Below are positions 13,621-38,141 of a stretch of DNA of 64,000 nt, in pieces; the stretch's first letter is position 1, and each line of letters begins with the position of its first letter. The position numbers and the translations under genes were made by a program. The stretch covers positions 620,001-684,000 of the forward strand of contig JBBPEB010000005.1 of NCBI GenBank assembly GCA_039096225.1, given 5' to 3'. The notes below the pieces were generated by a model that saw only the letters and a program-made list of their open reading frames with translations, ran no database searches and was not told the DNA's origin. The DNA comes from Blastocystis sp. Blastoise. Lineage: Eukaryota > Protista > Bigyra: Opalinata.

Positions 13621-14556
13621 TTAAAATATAAAAAACATATTATATATACTATTAGCTAATACTATATAGTTTCATTGATAACGAGATATTGTCACAAACG
13701 CCATGTTGTAAGATTCTGAAGCCTCTTTATGCTCTGCAGTCAAAAGGTAAGCCTGTCACTATTAGACGAAAGAGAAAGGCAGAAGAGGCTATGAATAAGA
13801 AGTATAAAAAGGTTCCTCATGTGAAACGTGTCGTACCACTTGAAGACCAGGTTAAAATGACTCGTTTTGATTAATCATTTATCAATATTATTTTCCATAT
13901 TATTTCTAATACTATAAACAAATATGTATCTAATTTAACTAATTATCATAGTATTATTCATATATATCTTATTTAAATCTATTTTTATGATACTCATTCA
14001 TTATATATATATATATATAAACATTTTTTATTTATTCAATTATTATACTCAAAATTATATTACATACTTTCCATATATATAGCCTATTGTTTTTATTCTT
14101 GTTGAGTTCATCATTCTTAAATCTTTCTTCCTATATATCAATAAACAATAACATTCAATATTCTATAACAATAAATGAACATAAATATATATATATACAA
14201 AAGAATAAGTCTTTTTTAAATATATTTTGACAAAATAAGATTATATATATATATTAACGACACAGAAAACCATCAATATCCTATCTCAAATATTATTTAC
14301 ATCATTTAATATAATACTATCCATAATTAGTTTTTTTTTACCATAAATGAAGAACTATATATACCAAGTACATAAATATATACAATACTAAACAAATAAT
14401 AATAATAAATATACTATAAATAAGACACCAGTGAACAATAAGCATCTCATCTCATACTATAGATAAAATATAATATAATATATCAAAAATAACACTTAAA
14501 AAAACAAATTAAAAATAGATTGCAGATAAAAAGTGAAAAGAAAGAATAATATATAC

Positions 14557-14935
14557 TCTAAATCCAAGAAGATAGAAGATCTAATGCATTTAACAAATTA
14601 AATATTGTATTTGAAAATCTTTGAGTTTCACCAAATCAACCAATGGGTAACTATTTCATAAACTTGGGCTAAAACAGTTTGAAAAGTAATTTATAATTGA
14701 TTAAATCCATTGAAGAGTAGTTCTGAGTAACTGTTTGCCGACATGCAAAAGATTGATCAAGAATGTTGAATATTGAATGTATTATTCCGTTTGTTTATCC
14801 TATAGTAGATGTTTGGTAGACTATATAGCAATAATAAAGAGAATAAAATATACAAGACAAGCCAAATTGTGTTTTGGAAAGCCAATATCCACAAATTAAG
14901 AAGGACAGTATGACCTAGAAGGTATGATCTATACT
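14557..14935 (-). pseudogene. Decayed intron-containing cargo gene fragment
   Basis: GC-richer blocks bounded by AG/GTATA splice-like sites on the minus strand, with multiple stops; no recognisable product. Confidence 0.4.
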
Positions 14936-15088
14936 AAATAAACATAATAAAATATATAATTAATTTTTATTACAATATTAACATAATAGTTTAATTACTA
15001 TAGTATATTTTACTTAATTCTTAAATTTCAAAAAAAAAATAAGCCAAAAATTAAAATATTTTCACTTCATATTTTGTATTTGATTTAA

Positions 15089-15983
15089 TAGTCGTCCCAA
15101 AGTGCTTTAAAAGCCTTAATATATTATTGATTGAATGTGTCTACTCATTTATAGTATATTTTATTTGTTTATTGTGTTTAATTGTCTTTAGTTACAAACA
15201 TTCTGGTGAATTTATTGGAAAAGTTGAGATCCATGGAAATGTAGCATATTGAGGGTTAGGGTTATCTCCAGTTGATGTGCAAGAATAGAGATAGAATAGA
15301 AATAAATACATTGCCAAAAATCATAATGCTGTTGAAGAAGCTTATGATTAATGAATTCTTTAATGGTATGTTGCTAGGTATATAAATATAGTTGAATATT
15401 TAACTCTATTATAGATTTACAAAAAACGATTATGAATGGTAAAGTTTATTTCCTAAACTGTTGTACCCTAACCAGAGAGTTACCTAAACATGATTGCTTC
15501 GATGTACTATTTTCACAAAACAAAAAATTATTATATACAAAAAATAGATTGTTCTTGTAAGTCTTTATTTATTTATTTTTATTCTATATCTATTATATTT
15601 TCTTATTTAGAGATGTTTTATTCAAGGATGGAATCTGTCAGAAGTATTTTTATTTACTAATCTTCATTGATCTTGTAAAATAATTTGTTTCTATAGAGCG
15701 ATCAGCGATTCTTGCAAATTCAGAATGGGTTCATCTGGAAGAATTAGCACTTCTCAGGTCTTAATATCGTTGACGAAAACAGATTCCAGATTAACTTTGG
15801 TCTTTAAAGGTATTCTGTTATTTATTTCTTATCATCACTATATCTATATTATATAGAAAACAAAAAATTGTTGATAGTTAAGAAACAAAAGACTTCTTTT
15901 CTCAATTGGCTAATTACAGACTATTATTGGGTCAAGAGGTGTTATAGAGGTTAGAATTAGTAAACAAATTGATTAAATTAGTA
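15089..15983 (+). pseudogene. Decayed multi-exon cargo gene
   Basis: About six exon-like blocks with intact GT/AG. Exon 15192-15377 reads YKHSGEFIGKVEIHGNVAY*GLGLSPVDVQE*R*NRNKYIAKNHNAVEEAYD**IL*WYVAR with host-like A/T third positions. Confidence 0.5.
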
Positions 15984-17384
15984 GGTATATATATATTATA
16001 TGTTAAATGATTAATTTTAAGTGTTTTAATATATAAGTATTATTTTTTTAAATATTATATTATATTTTATTTTTTCTATAGTATTCTTCATATGTTAGGT
16101 ATCTATCATTCTTCTATCTTTTAATAAGAATGAATTGCGATATATTTAAGTATATATATTCTTCTTTAGTCATTTTTTACTTTCTATTTAGATTTTAGAA
16201 TGTTTTCCTATTATTTTATTGTATATATATATATATTATATATAAATATGTTTTAATCTTTTATCCTTCTTAGAAACATGATACTAATAATATTAATTAT
16301 ATACTCTCCTGTTATTTGGAAGATAATAGATTAGGAAATTAGAAATTTAATTCATTTCTAGTTATTCTAGATATATTATAGTATATATTTATATTTATTT
16401 TTTATATATAACTATATTTAAATATATCATTTATAGATACATCAAAATGTATATATATAGCTATACTAAAGTATATATATAGATTGAGTCAATTACAAAA
16501 CTATTAAGTGTAGAGAAAGTGATATTCAAGTATATATATATATTTATATATATATGTATATAGTTATAAAAATGTTTATTTATATTAATGTATATAGTAT
16601 ATTAATATATATATAGTTATATTATATAGTGAAACATACATATCTAGTAAATATATATGTATATAGTTATATTAAAGTACATATAAGAATAGTTATGTTA
16701 AAGTATATATATATATAAATTAATATTAAAGAATATATATAGATATAATAAATTATAAATGTAGTAAAGGATATTTATATATAGATATATTAAAATATAT
16801 ATGTATAAAGTTATATCAAACTATATGTATAAATAGATGCAGTAAAATGATATATAGATTTACTTATATAAAAGTATATATATTTATTTTAAAGTATATA
16901 TATATTAGAATATTCATAGTAATTATACTAGAGTATATATATAGATAGATGATAATATATTCATGTTTTGGTTAGATTATTAATATTTTTATATTAATAT
17001 GTATAGATATATTTATATTAAAGTTTATAGATATTTATATCTATATTTAAACATATATATAGGTTATGTTATACAAGTATAGATATTTCTACCTGTTTGT
17101 TGTTTAAGAATGCTTATAATCTATTTATATAAAAACATTTATGATTAGTCAGGTATTATATAAAGTATAATTATTCTATAGATATTTTAGATTACTTCTC
17201 TATTAATAAATTATCTATTATTTTATGATTCGTATTTATGTATATATGTATAGAAAAACTCTCAGAAGAAGTGGTACTATTTGAAATGATATTTATTTAG
17301 TATCTATTATTCTATTCAAAGAATCATTATAAAACCTAATATATTTGGTGCACATTAGTTTAATATAACTTTTGTATTTATACG

Positions 17385-17419
<35 letters not shown>

Positions 17420-19890
17420 GTTTCTTTATAGTACAAATGGCCTCCTTTTTTCTATTTATATTCTCACCAGTGTTAATAGTTATGTATATAAATTCTTTTT
17501 ATAAGTTCTTTGAATTATTTATAATGTTATCAATTATATTTTCATTGTATATTTCTTATCTATATATCATGTATTATATGTATATAGTTCAAATTGAATG
17601 TAATCTCTTGTTTATTATGTATTATGAAAGATCTTCAGTTGTCTCTATTACCTATAGAGGTATATATATAACTACTATTCCTATATTTATAGTTTTTCTT
17701 ATCTTTTTATATGTAGATATTATAGATTTTCATATTTCATCTATTAATATATATATAAATACTCTATATAGTTTTATAGTTTTTCTTATATATACAGAAT
17801 AAGTAGAACTATCTTAGGTACTCAATAAGATATCTATAGTTACTAGTCTCTCCTTCTGTTCCTATTCATATTGAGAAGCTTATATTTATGTATATTATTC
17901 TATTCCAGTCTATTGCTTATGTTCTATATTATTATTTGTATAGTTCAATATATATTTACTTTTCTTTTTATAATTATTTTTCATATAATTATATATATAT
18001 ATATATTACATATCATTATATAGGTATAGAATACGTTAACTATATTCTTAAGGATAGGTTTATATTTAAAAATGGGTTATTCAAGTATATATATAAGCAT
18101 ATACTCTATATATAACATAATATGTATAGTATTTATTCTTATAATATTTGCTAAATATATATATATATATATTATACTTTATCTTTATTAAGTACTTACT
18201 ATTATATATATAGTGTTAATGGAATAAACTTAGATGATTATATATATGAATTAGTGTTGTTTCCTACTACTATTTAAAGTCCTTTTTTAACTACTCTATA
18301 TTGTATATAAATAATTTATATTATTATTATTCCATATTAACTTATATAAGTTTGCTGCTTTAAGAATTCTATTATATAATCATATTGATATTATTATATT
18401 ATATAGATCCTAAACAATATATTTATATAGTTACTGGCGATTATAAGCAGATTTATAAGGATACTATTCTATATTAATTTATTGTATATAGTCACTATAT
18501 TATATATATATATATATTATTATAATTTCTTATCCAATAAACTTTTATTGTTTATGTTATTAATATATTATCTATATATAGATACAATCAAATATATCTT
18601 TCTCATCTTCATCGACTCTCTTCAACTTATATATATCATTTCACTATTAGATTAGTTATAATGGCTTCCTTCCTGATTCACATAGTAACTCAATTCTTAT
18701 TCTAAATAATAACAAAAAGTATCATTTGAAGGTATATAAATATTAACTTTATTTATTAATATATTTGAATAATATAAATATAATATAATTTAATATATAG
18801 TATATAATATATAGTAGCAGTATCATGGATTATATTGAAAGTATATATGTTATACATACTAATATATATATATATATATTATATCTATACTGATATTGAT
18901 ATAAAAAATATAGATAGTAATATCATTATATAGTATGTCAGTGATCAACATGGAATATATGCTATGTGTCTAGTTTAGATTATATGAGTGGATATATAAT
19001 ATATGCCTACATAGTTGTTACATTATAGAATACATAAATAATATATAGTATATAAGAATTATTACCTTAATATTATATATATTTTTATTAAATTATATTA
19101 TATTGATTATTTATAACTTTTATTTTATTTCTAATATTATTATATGTCTAATTTTATCTTTTTATAGAATGAATAATATATAAATATCAGATCTGAGTAT
19201 TATATGGTTTATCCTTCGTTGATAAGATATCTAATATACTTATACTTCTTTTACTCTTTCTGGTTTATTGTACATGAAAAAGTAAAATAGAAAAGAGAAC
19301 CATTAATACGCTTATACTCTGCTACTTTATTCATCTATCTACACAATATTTACTATAACAGTAAGGTATACTATATATATTTCTCTTTTTCATGTTTTAT
19401 AGGTTATCAATGATTCATTATCATATTGATAAATCAATCTTATATTTAGATATATACAACATAGAATATATATAATAGTATATATATACTATATATACTA
19501 TTCTATATTCTCTTTCTATTATACAATAACTTTTATATTTAATATATACATTGTATATTCTACTTTGTGTATTATATATGGTTTATAAAATATATTTTTA
19601 TATAGATAAGGTTATACTACTAAAGAAATAGATAATATGTTTGATACTTAAATTATATCTATAGTGCTTTTGGTGTATCTACTTAAGTATATATTTATAT
19701 TATATATAATATCATGAGTATTAATAGTATATATATAATAACTTAATTACATATACTCTATTATGTTATATCTATAGTAATTGGTTTATTGATATTTTAC
19801 TTGGGTGATTTCGAATACTATGAGCATTTATTATATACTTGATATATATATAATAGTAATTATTTGTTATTTAGATAACTATTATTTATA

Positions 19891-19996
<106 letters not shown>

Positions 19997-20454
19997 CATA
20001 ATTATATATAATAAATAATATATATTATTACTTTCTACTTGATATATATAGAGTCTCCTTATACTTCTTTCTTCATTACTCATATTATTATTCTGAATAT
20101 TTTATACACTTTATGGTTTATATATATTCATTATACATTGTTATAGAGGTGATTTCTCTTTTATATATGATATTAATATTGATTCTATGTATATTATTTA
20201 AAGTATATATTGTACTTTATACTTAGATATATTTTTTTAACAACAATTGTTACTCAACATCATTCTATATTGAAACGTAATATATTATTAATATGCTCTT
20301 ATTCATATTTTATATTTATTCTTTTTAATTTCTATAAAGTTAGTTATTATTAATATTATTATTATTATTATAAAATGCTTTTTATTCTTTAGTTTTAAAA
20401 ATCTTCTTTCTTATATATTCCTAGTTTCTTCTGTGTTTATTTCTATAACTGAAA

Positions 20455-20490
<36 letters not shown>

Positions 20491-20606
20491 TTCTATTAGT
20501 ATACTCTATTTAGTATCGTTATATTATTGTTGTGTATTGTATTATTTACATATATTAATTCTAAACAAAACAACATATATAATCATATTTTTAAAGACTT
20601 AATCTA

Positions 20607-21302
20607 TTAAACATATATAGTAATATCATAATGGAGTTCTAATAGTATAATAACAATCAAATAACATACAATCCAGTAGCAGGCTGACCAGATCAATTCC
20701 AATAAACTATGACCAATATGACTATTCAATAATCCTAAATGACTATAATTATACATACTAGCATAATTAATAAGATAAAACAGAAACAATCCATAACAGC
20801 ACCTAATCCATTTCCATTTATTGATAATATATATATATAACTTCTTAATAGATTAATTAGCATCAAAAACATCATTCTAATTGAATATGAAAACCTTATT
20901 AGTCAATTAACCATAAACACCCACAATGATGCCAATTCTCTTTTGAATCTAACTATTCTCATTTCCTATCCTATATAATGATAGAGTATATCATTCTAGA
21001 ATGACCGTAATAAAGAAGAAGCCTAAAGAGATATTTTAAGGTTAATGATCATAATTATATATTTCATTATATACCTATCTTATTCTCACCACTACATTAA
21101 AAACACAATTCAAAGCCATCAGACAACGTCATAACTTCATAGAATAACATATCATAACCATCTTACCATGTTAATGCCGTCTTATATTATTCTTATCACT
21201 TTTCCTATATATACTATACTATATATACATATTAAAGATACTTATATAACATATATACATCAATATATCAATACCCTTCAAGAGTCAATAAAAAATAAAC
21301 AT
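20607..21302 (-). pseudogene. Decayed gene reading inward from the right TIR
   Basis: ATG at 21302, exon-like blocks with GT/AG boundaries, many stops; product unrecognised. Confidence 0.4.
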
Positions 21303-21368
21303 AGAGTTTTCCCCAGTATTATTTTTAAACATTTTTAAAGTCCCCACTCGTAGAATGAGCCGAAGACC

Positions 21369-21419
21369 ACTGTCCTGAGTCAAGTTTTACAATTTAGAGC
21401 GTCCTGAGTCAATTATCTC
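21369..21419 (-). repeat. Right TIR
   Basis: Exact reverse complement of 8123-8173. Confidence 0.95.
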
Positions 21420-21691
21420 AAAAGTCAATTTTGATTCCCACAAACATAATCAGTTTTTTCTGGTAAATTCTAATTAAAAACCGTGATCCACGAATATGTC
21501 GCCCTATGAACACAAAAAATACTCCTTATGTAAAACAATAAACCTTTTTTGGCTTATCAGAGAAATTTATTAAACAATAAAACTAGTATTTTGAAGCTAT
21601 AATATATTGTATATTATCTTTATACAAAAGTATTTTTTTATTCTATTAAAAATATATACTTATATGTGAGCAGAAAAGACTGATTAAAATC

Positions 21692-22125
21692 ATGAAAGGC
21701 TTATCAATATATAATATAGTGCCATTTATTATTTTTTGTGTTGTTATAACATGGTATAACTCTTTTCATCTCATCTTATATTACTAGTTACTTCAAGTAT
21801 ATATATTTTAATAATCCGCCGTTCAGAAAAAATAGTACAATGATCAATTTTTCGAGGTTTCTTTCTTCAAATTCTATTCCTATTCAGCCATATTCCATGA
21901 GGAATATATCAGAGGGTGTTCATGATATATATGATAATGTTAATGATATTGTTAACAACAAAACTATTAAAACAAATAATGGATCTATTATAGTGCCAAT
22001 AATAAATAATATACCATTTTCAAATCCCATATGGTATAAATTTCGCATATAACTGTTATTTCATATATATATTATTATTATTATTATTATTTTTAATTAA
22101 TTAATTAATTACTTTATTAATTGAT

Positions 22126-22220
<95 letters not shown>

Positions 22221-23065
22221 GGAAAAGTGTTCTTGATAAACGATTTGACATTTTAAAAAATAATTATGATATGTATATTCATAGTTAATATTCCTTTTAT
22301 TCAATGATTATTATTATTTTTAAGATGAATATAATATGGTAAATTCCTTTTTTTAATAGAATTCAACGCCCTTCTCATATGATGATACGACAAAAGTATA
22401 TATATATGCTTTTAATGTTATATATTTTTATAATTAAATATATATATCTTTTATATAATATTAATGTAATATATATATAGATATACAACAGCTAACATTA
22501 GATTTTACAAATTTGGTATCAGAATTCTTGAAATGAATAATATTTGTTATGATCTTCAGACTAAAAAATTTGATATTTTTATAAATCGGAATTATGCTAC
22601 TAGAACCAAGAAAATTATAAGTAGTTGTATATATATAGTAGTTAATTCTGTTTTGTATATATATATATATATATCATAATATAATTTATGATCATTTTAT
22701 TATATCTGATATTTATATAGTTAGTGATTTTATACCAACAAAAACATTATATAAAACAATAGAGAATGTAACATTTTTTAATAAAACAAAAAATATATGG
22801 ATAATTCATGCAGCTTATGATAATCAAATAGCTCATTTTCAAGAAGCAGCTAATAATATGATTACCATAGCTAATCATCCTGAATTGTTCCCTAAAGTAT
22901 ATATAAGTAGTTAATTAATAGTATTTTATATTTATTAGTATGATGGAATAAAACATAAAATAATAATATTAGAAATCTTATGACATAAATAATATGTATT
23001 ATTATTATTACTATTATTATCATAATTATTACTATTATTATCATAATTATTACTAGATATATAAT

Positions 23066-23114
<49 letters not shown>

Positions 23115-24209
23115 TAGATATGGTTTTATGGCCTACAATCAAGAATAAAACATTTTCTTGGATTGAAGAATATACGAATCTAATTCATGAATTATATCCT
23201 TCAACTGTACCGTTTTATAGGAATAATGATATATATCGTGTTTTTGGAAGATATTTTTGTTTAGAACATGTTGTATATATAGTTATTTAATTAATATATA
23301 TATATACTTTTTTTTTATTTATTTATACTTATAAATGATATAATATTTTTAATATATATAGGATGTTGTACATAGAGTAATGAATCCATTATTTGGTAAT
23401 ATTTTTGCAGATCCAATTGAAGCTTATTATGTTCGTGTATTAGCTTATAAATATATAGGATATGATATTGCTTCTAAAAAATATACTGTTCCTTTTGTAT
23501 CAATACTGAATAGAACTCCACGAACCAATCTATATAATCGTCAAATACGAAATATTGATGAAATTATGAGAGAATTCGATACAAGATTTTCTGGATCAGT
23601 ATATACTTAATATTTAATTTTCATTATTATAAAAATTATTATTTATATTTGTAGAAAGTATATAAATAAACATTATTTTTAGAATATAGAACTATCTATA
23701 TACTTTTTGTCTTTTTTTAAATCATATATCATATTTCATCACTAATTTATATATATATAATATATATTATATAGTTCCGATGTATATATAAATATATTAT
23801 TATGGATTTCTTAAAACTTCAAGAAGTAATATCAATTATGGTGAAAACAGATATATTAGTAGGAGCAGTAGGTTCTGGACTAACAAATTCATTATTTATG
23901 CTTCCTTATTCTGTTGTTATTATGTTTTTCCCTACTACTTCTCAAGATTATTATTTCTATAGTCTTTCTTATTGTACAGATATCTATATACTTCCTTCTT
24001 ATAATGCTTCTTTAAATCATTATCCTTCACCTAAATTCGATAATTGTGAAAAAACAATTAATAAATATGGATATATAAAGAATGTTTCCTGTCGTATTTC
24101 AACTTATATGGATGATGTTTATATATCACCTAATATATTATATCATTTATTATGTATAGCAGAATTATATCTTAAACAAAAAAAATATTTTATACAATAC
24201 GACTTTTAA
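21692..24209 (+). CDS. Glycosyltransferase family 61 (DUF563)-like type II membrane protein, multi-exon
   Basis: N-terminal hydrophobic anchor [20 protein letters not shown]; exons join via GT-AG introns; ILNR motif and C-terminal [28 protein letters not shown] match the GT61 consensus DvlvGvHGAGLTNxxFm. Confidence 0.8.
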
Positions 24210-24214
24210 AAACA

Positions 24215-24316
<102 letters not shown>

Positions 24317-25123
24317 TGTTTAATATCTATTCTTTTATTAATATATTTAAAGCCAAAATTGAATAATTAAAAGAATAATATATATAAACATATATAATGG
24401 TATAATAATTATTTTTATCTTCTTTATTACTTGATTATTGTTAATGTATATATATATATATTTCTTCATGTATTCTTTTGTTTCTATTTTTAAGTATTTG
24501 TTTATTTATTATTATAAACTTATGACTTTTCTTTTGTAAATACATATTTTGAATATTTGTTTAAAATCAATGAAAAGATTTGATTCATTTTGTATCTTAA
24601 AGTTTGTTGATTCATTATTGATTTATATTTACATCATTTTCTTCTCATCAACGTCAATTTTAAAAATATATATTATATAAATTTCAAAGAAAAACAGTTT
24701 TGCGTATATTACTCATCTATTGAAATTATCATAAAAAACATATATCATTGATAAACATATTTCATGTTTGATTTCTCAAGAATTCCGAAAAAACTCAAAT
24801 GAAATATACTTTCTATAACTATTCTAATAGTTAGAATACTTATTTAAAATAATATGAATAATTTTAATAAAAAATGAAACAAAAATTTAAAAATACATAA
24901 AACTGAAAAAAATATTCAGTCAAAATACATACATAAAACACAATCTATTCAGCAAAAAATCAGTCTTTGTCTTTAGGTTTTCAAAAAATACAAATACAAA
25001 AAAGAATTCCATGATTCTTTCATTCATTTTGTTTAAATTAATTGCAAAGTAACTTTACAAAACACATATAAGTATTTAAATATAACTGTTTATTTCTGGA
25101 TAATAAAATATAGAATCAAAAAA

Positions 25124-26682
25124 ATGGAAAAAAGCATCAATTCACAACCGTCTATATTATCTTTCTGTTGTAAAGAAAATAATATTATTATCCAGCTATC
25201 TTCTGAGTCCTTACAACTCTATCCAAACTCGTTGTTTTCGAAAGTTTATCATAATCAAAAGTCTGATAGTCGAGGAATCTTTCATATTGATGTATCTGAG
25301 TCTTATTTGATAGAAGCTAGTTATGTGATGAAGAATGAGATTATTCCTTTGATTAATTACGAAGAAGATGAAGAATTTACTGCTTTAATTGATGGATTAA
25401 AAGAATTCTCAGTTCCTATTCCTCCATATATAACAAGAAGAATGATGTCAGATAAAACAAAACATCTTCCCTATTGTGAGATAAAGGAAGATGAAGTTGA
25501 TCAATTGTCTACTTCAAATACTGAAAGTACTGTCGATACAAATGATAATATAGAATTTTCTAGAGAAGATTCTGAATGGAATTTATCTGAATTTGCAAAG
25601 AATGCTCAAGAGAATTTATGGAAACAGATGGAGCAATTAGAAATGAGTATAAAAGAACAATCACCATTAAATTCTCCAGAATGTAATAGTGAAATATCTT
25701 TAGAAAATGATAATCATGATAATTATGAATCTATTGTATTTCCTTCATCTACTATATTAAATAAAAATATTGAATATGATTTATGTCAAATTCTACATAA
25801 TAATAATAATACTTGGAAAATGTTATTCAGGTAATTATTTATGAGTCATAATTTTATTTATTTGTTTGTTTTTTTTTTTATTATTATTTTATTTATTTTT
25901 ATTATTTTGTAATTAATATTTTTTGATATTTGTATTTTTTTTTGAATAGTTATATATTTTTTAATAATCATCTGTTCATTCAAATTGATATTATATTATT
26001 TATTTATTTATTTATTTATTTCTATTTCTATTGCTAATCTATCTATAGAGCCTCAGAGCATAATTTTTCAGCAACTGAATTTCATCAAATATGTGATAAT
26101 CATAGTAATCTATTAGTTTTAGTTAAAAGTATTAATAATAATATTCCTTGTATATTTGGAGGGTATACAAAAGTTGGCTGGAATACTACAAAATTAAATG
26201 AATTATTTGGTGGTATATATTATATATTATATATTATATATTATATATTATATATTATATATTATATATTATATATTATATATTATATATTATATATTAT
26301 ATATTATATATTATATATTATATATTACTATAATATCCTATAACAACTCTATATAGATTATAAAACAATTCAAGATGAAGATGCTTTTGTTTTTACGTTA
26401 CAAAACCCTCACAATGTCCCTCCTACATGTTATCATTATATTGGCCAATTAGATTCTTTAGCTTATGACCCTCATTGGGGACCTATTTTCTCGTCTTGTT
26501 TTTGTATATGTGATCAATGTAATCAATATAATAAAAGTAGTATTGATAATGATAGTATGAATATACATACAAATTATGAATGGGATAATATATATAAATC
26601 ATCTCTTTTTGTTGATACAAATGATAAAACAAAAGATAATTTCTTTTTTGTTGATGAATATGAAATCTTTGTCAAACAGTAA
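25124..26682 (+). CDS. BTB/POZ-like N-terminus plus TLDc domain protein (3 coding exons)
   Basis: SLQLYPNSLF...GIFHID (KCTD-type BTB-like); TLDc motifs WKMLFRASEHNFSATEFHQICDN, IFGGYT, AFVFTL, GPIF, VDEYEIF. Confidence 0.88.
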
Positions 26683-27354
26683 TTTTTTTTTTAGTATTTT
26701 TTTTATATATAAATTCTTTTGTTCTTTAATATATCTAATTTAGTATTATAATACTCCTTTTTAAAATTTTTACATTTTTTTACTTTTTATTCTATATATA
26801 ATGTTTACTTATACTTGAATTTCATATATTCTATATATAATTTCATGGCTTTTATCATGATGTAAAAGAATATATATATATATTTCATTTATTCATATTC
26901 AATTTTTTTTCAAGCTTTTATATTTCCTTTTATACCTCTTAGTATAAAAATATAACTAATTTATGCGCTATTATATTGTCATCATTAAATAGATTTGTTT
27001 TTTTTAAATAAATTTCATCAAATATAACTCTTTATATGTCATCTATCTCATATTAGTTTTTTACTATAGAACAAACAACTAAAAGTGACCATGATTATAC
27101 TACTACTTTTATTTACATAGTCTTAACAATAAAATCTAATATAATATGAGTAACTTTATTAATAATTTGAATCAGACTATTATAAGGGAAAAAAAATTGT
27201 TAATAAGAAACACATAAAAGATTTAAAAAAAAAATAAAAAAGATTCAATGGAGAAAATGAAAACTGACGCAGAACATTCCCATTTTTTGAGGAACCGAAA
27301 AGAGTGTTTCCCTTTAAACTTCTAAACTTTTATTCTGTTTTATCATAGGTGGAA

Positions 27355-35667
<8,313 letters not shown>

Positions 35668-37061
35668 ATATATATATATATATATTTATATATAATATTC
35701 ATTTAATTTCTCGTTCGATATATAATGGAATAACTTATATTATTTTATATCAATTGGTATTTTTATATGAATTATTTTGTAATAATTCTTTATTTTTTTT
35801 TTATTCCTTTTTCTTTTTCATATTTTTATATAATATTTTCTTTTTCTTTTTTTTTTAATATTTTTATCTTAATTATTAATAATAATTATATATATGGATA
35901 TATATAGTTTATATCTTCTAATTGTTATTATCAAAATAATTTTTAGTGTGTTATTTTTTAATTATTTTTTTGTTATATCATTTTTCTCTTCCTTTCTTTC
36001 TTTCTCATGAAATGAAATCATATTGTTATTCAATAAATATTTGACTTTATTTCAATCATTTCTATATATCTATTTGTTATTTCTAATATATACGTATTAT
36101 TTCTAATATATATATTTTTTCATATATACGTATTATTTCTAATATATATATATATTTTTTATATATACTAATTATTTCTAATATATTTTTATTGTTTTCA
36201 TATATACTAATTATTTCTTAATTTCTTTATTAACATATATATAAATACTTTTTTTTATTTTGTTTTATTTTTTGTTTTGTTATTTTGCTATTTTTTGTTA
36301 TTCTAGTTATTTATATTGCTATTACTATTGTTGTTGATTTAATTTTCTTTTTGATATACTTTAATTACTCATAGTTCATTTATTCTATTCTATACTGTTG
36401 AATTCTCTAAGTTATATCTCTTTATAGAATTATATTATTTGAATATATATAATTCACATTTTGTTTATATATATATTTATTTTCAATTTTCTTTTGATTC
36501 ATTATATATATATACATTTTTTATATTTTTAAGCTAGTTTTTATATATTATACTATATAATAATAATACTTTTTCATATGTGAAGAATGTATATATATAT
36601 TTATTTATTTATTTGATTCATTTTTTATGTTTTTGATATATTTTTTAATGTTTGTTTTTTAATGTTTAATGTGATATATATAATATACATTCAAATATAT
36701 TATGAAGTATTTCTATTTATATGATTATTTTTATTTTATGGATTGAGTTGTACTCTTTTTATTTACACTATATTTTCTATTTTTGTTTTTTTTTTAATTT
36801 ATTTTATTATTTTCAATGAATTCCATTAAACTCTTTATATATATATATATATAGATCATTATTTTCAGTCTTTTTCCTTTTTTATTATTTATATATTGTT
36901 TGTTTAGTTTTAAAAGACAGTATTTTTACTCTTTGTTATTTCATTTTCTATAAATATTAATATAAATTGATAATTAACACAATTTAACACATTCATTTTA
37001 ATTAATAAACTAATTATAAATAAAACAATATAATTAAAACAATAAGAAAAACACGTATAAA

Positions 37062-38141
<1,080 letters not shown>

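Larger units (their letters stand above)
8325..13874 (+). pseudogene. Decayed MULE (MuDR/FAR1-type) transposase-like gene
   Basis: Stop/frameshift-broken segments in the expected order: Cys/His segment YRCPIQECNC...YHLEYYH (~8750-8840); PSVILLSGTFMGLSSVALVITG (10341-10404), resembling the first catalytic motif PvIxlDGTF with D replaced by S, followed by a GT donor; last exon LKPLYALQSKGKPVTIRRKRKAEE, resembling the PxxxxxKGRPxxxRxK tail. Rest of the DDE core not found. Confidence 0.6.

Noticed and set aside
22325-22338. 14-nt microexon in the GT61 gene
   Set aside because: Inclusion creates an immediate TGA; flanking exons join in frame without it.
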